A DNA stretch of 63,880 nt, the filler included, from Octopus bimaculoides (lineage: Eukaryota), in NCBI RefSeq assembly GCF_001194135.2. It is 7 parts of 7 records of this genome, joined end to end, with 100 filler letters (N's around TTAATTAATTAA, not from the genome) between each part and the next. Parts side by side here need not be neighbours in the genome. Positions count along the whole stretch, not along the records: positions 47,923 to 56,715 come from NC_068981.1; positions 56,816 to 60,937 come from NC_069005.1; positions 61,038 to 62,283 come from NW_026338534.1; positions 62,384 to 63,880 come from NW_026404824.1; 3 more parts are not named here. One strand, given 5' to 3'. The notes beneath the pieces were generated by a model that had not been told where the DNA came from, ran no database searches, and saw nothing but the letters and a program-made list of their open reading frames with translations. Positions within the stretch are counted from its first letter, which is position 1. Each line of letters starts with the position of its first letter. Both the position numbers and the translations under genes were made by a program. Of the stretch, positions 54,034 through 63,880 are shown piece after piece.

Positions 54034-56681
54034 AACAAATATATTTAATGGGAATAATTAATAATTTTTCCCTTATGAGGTTTTTCACGCTGACTACTTG
54101 ATAAATTCTTATAAAGATTTTATCCTATTTTAAAACTCAAGGTAACTAAATGCAGTAAGTCAGTTAGTGCTGCCTAACACTCGATCGCATCTACAAAGAC
54201 ACATTAAACAAGAAAAGAGAGAAAGACATAGAGGAAAATAAAGTGAGAGACATATTTGCATATCTATGTATTTATGCGTATATATATATATAATATGTAC
54301 ATATATTTATACATATGTATATGTATATATATATACACACACAAGTAGATTTATGTATATAAGCATATACGTATATATACATACACATGTACATTTATAT
54401 ATATATATATGTATATATGAATGTATATGTATATATATATATATATATATATTCATACACAAATATAAATGCAGACATATACACACATTCGTATATACAT
54501 ACATATATACTTACATGCTACATATATGTGTATGTGTATATGTATCCATGCATGCATGAACGTATATTTGTATGTATCTATATATATATGTTTGTATGTA
54601 CGTGCGTATAAGTATATACATGTATGTATGTGTCTGTCTGTCTGTCTGTCTGTATGTATGTATGTATGTATGTATGTATGTGTGTATGTACGTACGTATG
54701 TATGTATGTATGTATGCATGTACGTATGTATGTATGTATGTATATGATGAAACAGACTCCAATGATGCTGGTTTTGTTCCTCATTTCATACCGGAATTTT
54801 CAAGAGGAGTGGAAAAATCTAGCGTTTCGGATATAGTACTTCTTCAGGCAAAATTCGAAATGAGAAACATTAATGACGCTTTACATCTAATAAGTTAAAA
54901 AACTTGCAGCTTCTTTTTTCAGTTTANNNNNNNNNNNNNNNNNNNNNNNNNNNNNNNNNNNNNNNNNNNNNNNNNNNNNNNNNNNNNNNNNNNNNNNNNN
55001 NNNNNNNNNNNNNNNNNNNNNNNNNNNNNNNNNNNNNNNNNNNNNNNNNNNNNNNNNNNNNNNNNNNNNNNNNNNNNNNNNNNNNNNNNNNNNNNNNNNN
55101 NNNNNNNNNNNNNNNNNNNNNNNNNNNNNNNNNNNNNNNNNNNNNNNNNNNNNNNNNNNNNNNNNNNNNNNNNNNNNNNNNNNNNNNNNNNNNNNNNNNN
55201 NNNNNNNNNATATAAATTTATATATATATATATGTATATATGTATGCATTTGTATGTATATATATGTATGTATATGTATGTATGTATATATGTATATATA
55301 TATATATGTATATATGTATATATATATATATGTATATACATCTGTTAGACGGGACCTTGATGACTGCTATTAAGCAGGAAAGTATACTAGTCCTTATATA
55401 TATTTAATACTCAATATTTCATATATTCAATAAGACATTCAATACTTCATTCCATTTTACTATTTATATTATAGATTCCATATTCTATATTCCACATTAA
55501 TTTTATAAGAATATAAATAAAACATTAAAAAAAGTTGGAACTCTTTTAAATAATATATTCCTCTATACACTATAATACAAACCCCGTTTTTATTTTTATA
55601 TATATATATATCTCCCAATATTCCAAATATACCGACAGAATACTGCATCGGTCTCAAATCAAAATTATTACCACGAAACTATATATTTAAAAAATCAGAA
55701 ACAGACGAAATACTTTATCTTCTATTATGTAATGATATATGAAATGTTGTATACTCTTTCTATTTAGGAACGTGATACTGTCGTCTGTTTATTCTTTTCT
55801 ACTCAAGACAAAAGTCCCGAAATTTTGGGGGCGGGAGCCAGTCGATTAGATCGACCCAAGTACGCAACTGTTACTTAATTTATCGACCCCAAAAGGATGA
55901 AAGGCAAAATCCACCTCGGCGGAATTTGAACTCAGAAAGTAAAAGCAGACGAAATATGCTAAGCATTTCACCCAGCGCAAAATTTCAGGTCTTGTGTCTA
56001 TAGTAGAAAGAATATTCCTTCATTTGTAGGAAAGTGGCAAAATTATTAGCACGTATAAATGTTTAGTTGCTTTTCTACTGCTCTTTATGTTCTGAGTTCA
56101 AATTCTGCAGAGGTCTACTTAGACATTTGTCCTTTCGAGGTCGATAAAGTAAGTGCGATTTAAGAACTGACATTCCTCTTCCTCTCAAAATTTCTGGCGT
56201 TGTGCTAAAATTTTTAAAATATTTCTTCATTTGTAGGCATAGCATGGCCGAATGGTTCCGGGTTCGAGGTTCCGGGTTCGATCCCGAATCATGGCATCCT
56301 ATGCAGATTTCATTTTCCGTTGCCTCACGTCAAGCCACACCTCGGCTGAATTATATCTGCAATTTCAAAGGTGTAGCGTTGTTATACATTATATCTTGCT
56401 AGTTCTGCCCCAGAATTACGTTCTACGTAAAAATTCCAATGGAATACGCAGTTACTTATACACTAATTCAGGAACAGGTAATTCAGTTGCTCGAACTATC
56501 GCATCCTCTTCGTGGAACGACGAAGATCCGGAGTTCCTTCATTCATTTCTCCTGGTTTCAATCCCTGTTTTGTAGCTACGTCTTTCATTCACTTCCTCGA
56601 TCCGGTTGACTCACGCATTCCTTTTCCTCCTCTTCGGTTCCTTAACATATTTACATCCGTCTTATGTGCGTATGCGTGTAC

Positions 56682-56715
<34 letters not shown>

Positions 56716-57851
56716 NNNNNNNNNNNNNNNNNNNNNNNNNNNNNNNNNNNNNNNNNNNNTTAATTAATTAANNNNNNNNNNNNNNNNNNNNNNNNNNNNN
56801 NNNNNNNNNNNNNNNCGTCTCTCTCTTTCTTCACTCTCTCTCTCTCTCTCTCTCTTCGTCTCTCTCTTTCTTCACTCTCTCTCTCTCTCCCTCTCTCACT
56901 TTTTATCTTTCTCTCCTGAAACTCTATTCCTTTTTCTTTATCTTTTCATTCTGCATACAGATCCCCCTTTCTCTCTGTTCCGAGTTCAAATGTCACAGCG
57001 ACCGAATTTGCCTTTTTTTTTTTTTTTCGTGGGGCTGCAAAAATGCGAGATCGAGACCACTCATCTTTTAACACATCCGCTAACAACAAGAATGTTTGGC
57101 TCTGAGTCAACTTCTCAGCGGTCACTGAATATGTTATAAATAACGACTAAAAAACTCCCTCGAATTACACAACTCTTCTATCAGAAAAAGAAGGATAGAT
57201 ACCCCATGTCTAAATAAAATACAAGATGGTTACGACTAGGAATATCTTAGGTCATATCTGGATCCAGCCAACTCGGAACTAAACAACAACCCTAGACACC
57301 ATTAACGACTGCAGTATATATTGGATAATGTAGTTCTAGGTATGCGATGTCTGAATAAATTACAAGACTATCACAGAACACCTTTGATCGCAGGTCTGCT
57401 GCATGAAGACTGACCTAAAGCTACAATCTCACCCCCCACTTTCCAAATGTAACTATAAACACTAATGCTAATTCTTATTACAACACATTTGATGCAAAGA
57501 GTCTAAATAGAATATGGGATAGCCACAGCTAGAATATATTTGATCAGATATCTGGTGGATCAGGATCAGGGCAGACCTGGGGCTAAACATCATATTTGCT
57601 TATGTTACGTTCGAAATATTATCTTTTCTCATATAAATTGTGTGTGTGTATAGGGTGCTGTAAGTGGTTTGTGTCTGTGTATGTATGGTGGTGATGTGTA
57701 TGTGGCTATATATATATATAAATATATATACTTATATATATGAGTATAAATAATATATATACATAAGTATTTATAAATAAATAAATATATATATAAAAAT
57801 ATATATAAATAAATAAGTATATATATATATATTTCTCTCTCCCTCTCTCTA

Positions 57852-57885
<34 letters not shown>

Positions 57886-58519
57886 NNNNNNNNNNNNNNN
57901 NNNNNNNNNNNNNNNNNNNNNNNNNNNNNNNNNNNNNNNNNNNNNNNNNNNNNNNNNNNNNNNNNNNNNNNNNNNNNNNNNNNNNNNNNNNNNNNNNNNN
58001 NNNNNNNNNNNNNNNNNNNNNNNNNNNNNNNNNNNNNNNNNNNNNNNNNNNNNNNNNNNNNNNNNNNNNNNNNNNNNNNNNNNNNNNNNNNNNNNNNNNN
58101 NNNNNNNNNNNNNNNNNNNNNNNNNNNNNNNNNNNNNNNNNNNNNNNNNNNNNNNNNNNNNNNNNNNNNNNNNNNNNNNNNNNNNNNNNNNNNNNNNNNN
58201 NNNNNNNNNNNNNNNNNNNNNNNNNNNNNNNNNNNNNNNNNNNNNNNNNNNNNNNNNNNNNNNNNNNNNNNNNNNNNNNNNNNNNNNNNNNNNNNNNNNN
58301 NNNNNNNNNNNNNNNNNNNNNNNNNNNNNNNNNNNNNNNNNNNNNNNNNNNNNNNNNNNNNNNNNNNNNNNNNNNNNNNNNNNNNNNNNNNNNNNNNNNN
58401 NNNNNNNNNNNNNNNNNNNNNNNNNNNNNNNNNNNNNNNGTAGCACAAACTGTACTAGTGCTTTATTCGGCACATCAGCACACTAATTGATGTATAGTCA
58501 TTAGTCCAAAATATTATAT

Positions 58520-58750
58520 GTCCCGCCTGTCTAGCACCTGTGCTGCTTGATGGGCTCCTATGCCAGTCACACGTAAAATCACCCTCTACACTCTCAGAAT
58601 GGTTGGTGTTAGGAAGGGCATCCAGTTGTAGAAACCTTGCCAAATCAAATTAGAGCCTGGTGCAGCCTCCTGGCTTGCCAACTCTCAGTCAAACTGTCCG
58701 ACCCATGCCAGCATGGAAAGCAGACGTTAAACGATGATGATGATGATATA
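58520..58750 (+). mobile_element. (GAT)n-tailed non-coding retroposon
   Basis: Same family as 43672-44340 and 61185-61305. Confidence 0.7.
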
Positions 58751-58889
58751 GGCATGGTTGTATGGTAAGAAGCTTGCTTCCCAACCACATGGTTCTAGGT
58801 TCAGCCCCACTGCATGGCACCTTGAGTGTCTTCTGCTTTAGCCTCAGGCTATAGTAGATTTGGTAGACAGAAACTATATATTGCGTGTG

Positions 58890-58921
<32 letters not shown>

Positions 58922-58932
58922 CNNNNNNNNNN

Positions 58933-58964
<32 letters not shown>

Positions 58965-59543
58965 CTGTCTGCACCTGTTAAGTTAAATTACACAATTAAA
59001 ACTATTTTGTCATCGACTGATATGTAAGCTAATATAATAAGGAAATGGTGGTAAATTGCAAGTAATTATATTTAACTAGTTGACCCCATGCCGTCAAAAA
59101 TGATGGCTATTTGTCGTATTTTATATATAAAAAGGGTACAAAATAACGAAAAAGAAAAAATCAAACAGCGCTTCAACTCTGTGTGAGTATGTGTATAAGT
59201 GTGTGTGTATACATTTATATGTATGGATAGCACAGTCTGTAGCAAACACAGTTTTCTATACTTTGTCACAACCTCTTTCCTTCCTTTTCTTGTAGTTGTA
59301 AATGTGCTTTGATTTTTTTTCACCATTGAATTATCACCATCCCACTTCCATCAATCGATATATGAATATATTTCACACAAACACACATATACACAAACAT
59401 TCACATAATCATAATGACCAATGTGTATAGCAAATTCGCTATAGATATACAGACACAGATGCCGTTCAGTTTGTCATCACCCCCTTCCTTCGTTAGTCAT
59501 CGGTTGTGATGGACAAAACCACAAGAGAATTATATATTAGTAG

Positions 59544-59773
59544 GGCAGCGAGCTGGCAGAAACGTTAGCACGCCGGGCAAAATGCTTAGCGGTATTTCGT
59601 CTGCCGTTACATTCTGAGTTCAAATCTCGCCATGGTCGACTTTGCCTTTCATCCTTTCGGGCTCAATAAATTAAGTACCAGTTACGCACTGGGGTTGATG
59701 TAATCGACTTAACCCCTTTCTCTGTCCTTGTTTGTCCCCTCTATGTTTAGCCCCTTGTGGGCAATAAAGAAAC
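59544..59773 (+). mobile_element. Full-length SINE family B with a perfect 19-bp TSD
   Basis: gagaattatatattagtag at 59525-59543 and 59774-59792. Confidence 0.92.
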
Positions 59774-59954
59774 GAGAATTATATATTAGTAGATTAGCAA
59801 TTTTGGACATCTGATTAGAAGTCCAGGTGATAACAATGGGCTTGGGTCTTCGAAATAGTTTGTTGTTCCACTTCAGGACTGTACTGATCAAGCAGATCAA
59901 TAATTAAAACACTCTCCAGCTGTGACCTCCTCTCTTCTTCTTCTTCTTCTTCTT

Positions 59955-60880
59955 CAGTCATAACGTAGCCAAGACTACATTTTCAAATGCGCCCTTTGTG
60001 ATTTATTTTACAACATAGTCTCTCTTGCAGTGCACATACTTCTTCCATCAGTATTGGCTTGAATCCCATTAGTGTAGAGGTTTTCATCCTGTTAGTCAAA
60101 AACGTCATCGGCAGCAGGTATGATATTAACGTCGTGGCACCCGTGCCTCCCCGCCAAGTATTTTTTTTTTATGTTGGGAAACAGATGATAGTCAGATGGG
60201 ACCAAATCATGTCATACGGGCGGCGAGGCCACAGATGTCTGCAGGGACACCTTGCGAGAATGGAGGAAGATGACAGGGGCCTCCACGATCGTCGATTTGA
60301 AGTCGGCATACCTGCAGGTGCATGTGGCTGGGAGACTGTGGAAGCATCAGCTTGTCAGGTATAAGGGCCAGACATACTGTTTGACCAGGCTGGGGTTTGG
60401 GCTAAATTCGGCGCCAAAAATTATGGCAACAATTCTCAAGGCCATCCCGGGAAAGGTGGACAGAGTAAAAAGGGCCACCAATTCGTACATCGATGACATC
60501 CTTGTGGATGAAACCATGCCAGCAACGGAGGTGAATAGCCTGTTCAAATCCACGGTCACACACAGCATCCATTGAAACCAGGGATTTGTGTGCTGGAGCA
60601 TTGTTCAGATGAAACAAAACACCTTTCATCAGTTTTCCTGGGCATTTGGCTTAGATAGCATTTCATAACTGCCTCAGCAAATCAGCAAAATACTCTCCAC
60701 TGATGGTGTAACCCTTTTGAAGATGGTCAATAAACACAAAGCCTTTTGCATCCCCCAAAATTGAGGCCATCATCTTCCCTGCAGATGAAACGATGTTGGC
60801 CTTCTTTGGAGCAGGTTAGCAGGGGTGTTGGATCTATTTTAAAACGGGGGCCACATTTTTCATTAATGTTTTACGTAGTG
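59955..60880 (-). mobile_element. Mariner transposase pseudogene (C-terminal half) split by a Gypsy fragment
   Basis: PAPKKANIVSSAGKMMASILGDAKG...KGVLFHLNNAPAHKSLVSMDAVCDRGFEQ (to about 60539), then DLVPSDYHLFPNIKK...WKKYVHCKRDYVVK* (60207-60003). Confidence 0.88.
60207..60538 (+). mobile_element. Isolated Ty3/Gypsy reverse-transcriptase fragment
   Basis: SCHTGGEATDVCRDTLREWRKMTGASTIVDLKSAYLQVHV...YCLTRLGFGLNSAPKIM...NSYIDDILVDE: D.KSAY.Q and YIDD motifs of LTR-type RT, uninterrupted frame. Confidence 0.9.
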
Positions 60881-61150
60881 TTTTTGGTACGGAAAGACTT
60901 TCAAGCTTCGTATACTTATCTATTTTGTGTTATAGAANNNNNNNNNNNNNNNNNNNNNNNNNNNNNNNNNNNNNNNNNNNNTTAATTAATTAANNNNNNN
61001 NNNNNNNNNNNNNNNNNNNNNNNNNNNNNNNNNNNNNATTTATTACTTTTGTACAAGAATATTACTGACAGTGACTTTGAAGTTTGGTCTAGTTAGGGCA
61101 GTGCAACAAAAGTTTGAAGTCACCCTATATAATATACTCGTTTAGGAATA

Positions 61151-61188
<38 letters not shown>

Positions 61189-63591
61189 AAATCAGACTGG
61201 AGCCTGGTGTTGCCATCCGGTTGCACCAGTCCTCAGTCAAATCGTCCAACCCATGCTAGCATGGGAAGCGGACGTTAAACGATGATGATGATGATGATGA
61301 TATATATTGCAGATCACTTATGAGGCTCTCAAAAGTGTTACTGGTAACATGGAATCCAGTACAACCTGTTGCATAGTCGGGGTTGTCAGTGACCAAACTG
61401 GCACACACACAAGGATATCCTGGTGAGGAGGGTTGCTAGAAACCCAGCAGGATTAAAAACAAAAAGGTCAGTTGAACCTAGTGCAGGCTCAACGGCTATC
61501 TAGCAAAAGCATGGGTATGCAGAAATTCCGGAATGGTGTCTGGTATGCTGAAAGACCACAGGGAGTGAGGCCCACTCAGCTTCTGTTGAAGCATGTCTCT
61601 AGGAGAAGGTCACTCTGATATAAAACCAGATATACAGGGAATGGCATTGGACATTTTGGGGATCTTTGGTTTGTGCTAGAGATCATGGCACTCCCACATC
61701 CCTGAGCCTGCGACTCATATTGGCACCAGACATATTGCTCCAGCTTGTTTCTGGATAATGTCAGTAAAGTGGAGAGGGTTTGTGAGGTGTCGGGCAAGCC
61801 TCAGTGGACCTAAAACTCTGCACAAGCATTGCTGCTTTTTTTTCTTCCCTATATATATTTATTTTATTTTCTGTATATATGTATCTTTATTTTTAGTGTA
61901 TATTTATATATTTATTTCTTTTTAGTATATATTTTTTTTATTCGGAAGTCCTGCGGTGATGGGAAGGTGGTGAAGCATGCAGACCTGACAGGTTGGAAGC
62001 ATGTAGTCAGCGACCTGCACATAGGTGGCCCATGCTAGATATAATGTCATCTTCTTGCAGCCCAAAACAGCGGTAGGATTCAGTTGCCACATGGGTGTCT
62101 GAGCAGCTCCATTTAGAGGGGGCATTGCTCACCCAGATGCCGAGGAGGTGCAAGAAAAAGGTGAACCAAAAATATCCTTAAGAATCCTTAAGAAGATATC
62201 CTTAAGTTGCTGGAGGAGCTTCCTGTTCATATTAATGAACATCTAATGACTCTACGATTGCACCTGAAAGGTGGGCAGTTTGCNNNNNNNNNNNNNNNNN
62301 NNNNNNNNNNNNNNNNNNNNNNNNNNNTTAATTAATTAANNNNNNNNNNNNNNNNNNNNNNNNNNNNNNNNNNNNNNNNNNNNAAAGGTTTCAATATAAC
62401 TCATGATGCAATCTGATTCTGCTACCAGGGGAAATTTCCGGAATTCTTATGAAGGTGTCTATTCTCCTTGTTAAGTTTTATATAGGTTATTATTTGCTGG
62501 ATATATCAATTCTAAGATAATGTCCACTTAGTGGAATATAGATTAGTAGTAATCTTAACGTTTAAATCAAATTTTTTGAAGATACCTGTTAAGTTCTTAA
62601 ATCTCTTTATGGCATGGCTGTTCANNNNNNNNNNNNNNNNNNNNNNNNNNNNNNNNNNNNNNNNNNNNNNNNNNNNNNNNNNNNNNNNNNNNNNNNNNNN
62701 NNNNNNNNNNNNNNNNNNNNNNNNNNNNNNNNNNNNNNNNNNNNNNNNNNNNNNNNNNNNNNNNNNNNNNNNNNNNNNNNNNNNNNNNNNNNNNNNNNNN
62801 NNNNNNNNNNNNNNNNNNNNNNNNNNNNNNNNNNNNNNNNNNNNNNNNNNNNNNNNNNNNNNNNNNNNNATAAACCTAGTGAATTTTCCCTTATGTCTAT
62901 TATTTCGAGGTTGAAGGATATTTCAAAAAGAATACACAAAATTTTTAAGAGCAAACTGACTGAATTTGTTGGCTCTTATGCGTTTAGTGCAATGGAACTA
63001 ATCTGAATAAAAACCTGTACAAGGGGAAATAATTTTGAGTCCTAGTAAAGTTTCTCTAATTCTAGCAACATGAGAAGATGTACTTTCTTCATGTGGTATA
63101 ATGGTTGGTGATAGAAAGGGCATCTAGCCATAGCAACCATGTCAAAATATACAAAATACATGACTATGTAGATTATCATTTCTTTCTCTGTTATTTTGTA
63201 TATCGTGTTATGTAAAACATAACATCTCTTGTGAAACACTGTGCTGTACCAGCAATAAGTCATGTCAAAATAGGCAAATGAATAGAAACTCATTACTGAA
63301 ATTGTTAAGAACAACAGTTTCATGTCTGATGTAAAATAAGAAACAAACAACTGGAAGTACATAGAAAAGTATTCCAGTTGAACAAATGCTGTATCAGAAT
63401 GGTTTAACAGTGTACACAGTTCTCTCTTCTTTCTTTTTCTCAAGAAGATGTTTATGTCTCCTCCTCATTGGTAAACCTCTCAATGTTCTCACAGAAATAG
63501 TTATCTATATATTATTAAGTGCAAATGGAATCACAAAATTCAGAACAAAAGAAACAGAGGAGCCCAATAATAAAATCCAAATAATAATTAC

Positions 63592-63831
63592 GTTTCACGC
63601 GTTGGTAGTAATCTGTGCCTTTGGCTGACTTTAATTGCTTGGAAGAAGCTGCACTTTCCCTTGATAAGTAACATTGCCCACTTCCTTTATTTATTTCAAA
63701 TGATAAACAATCTTTGTCAGACAGACATTTTTTTTTACAGGCTGCTGCTGTTACATTTTTCTTAGGCCACAAAATTTTCCCAGATACATCCAGAATTGCA
63801 TCTTTTACTTTCAAAAAAAGGATCTCAGCGG
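63592..63831 (-). CDS. Internal coding exon encoding a PAN/apple domain (multi-exon host gene; other exons not located)
   Basis: Acceptor ttttactttaatttcag|, donor |gtaatt, 240 nt, phase 1-1. Peptide AEILFLKVKDAILDVSGKILWPKKNVTAAACKKKCLSDKDCLSFEINKGSGQCYLSRESAASSKQLKSAKGTDYYQRVK has the PAN pattern C-x3-C-x5-C-x-SF...C-x-L...DYY. Confidence 0.85.
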
Positions 63832-63880
63832 CTGAAATTAAAGTAAAATTTAGATCAATGTAAACTAATAACAGTAATAT

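Noticed and set aside
54745-54898. Short unique [21 protein letters not shown]...
   Set aside because: No convincing splice sites or homology that I can recognise.
57200-57590. Three successive similar tail-like motifs (ttgatc...tctg...gacct..gctaaaca)
   Set aside because: Too diverged to tell a tandem array from clustered old insertions of a common repeat.

Overview
Eukaryotic, AT-rich, gappy draft-assembly DNA dominated by microsatellites and decayed transposons. The SINE families, the microsatellite load and the TAA-associated R4/Dong-like LINEs point to an octopus genome (inference, not verified). The only host-gene exon I can support is a 240-nt phase-1/phase-1 exon on the minus strand (63592-63831) encoding a PAN/apple domain, so the rest of the window may be intron or downstream sequence. 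Identifiable remnants: five pieces of R4/Dong-like REL retrotransposons, Tx1/L1 3' ends, RTE, Penelope-like and Gypsy fragments, four mariner and one maT-like Tc1/mariner remnant, a possible pogo/Tigger remnant, several MITE-like inverted repeats and many tRNA-headed SINEs. I found no rRNA, bona fide tRNA gene or CRISPR array, and almost all ORF-track entries are microsatellite or gap translations. I found no clear new multi-gene system. The best leads are in transposon biology: a ~545-bp non-coding element with fixed ends inside (TAA)n, a flush 5'-to-5' fusion of two different Dong subfamilies, a Gypsy RT patch inside a mariner, a head-to-tail SINE array, reciprocal SINE module swapping, and a CpG-decayed block at 37.6-47.8 kb.
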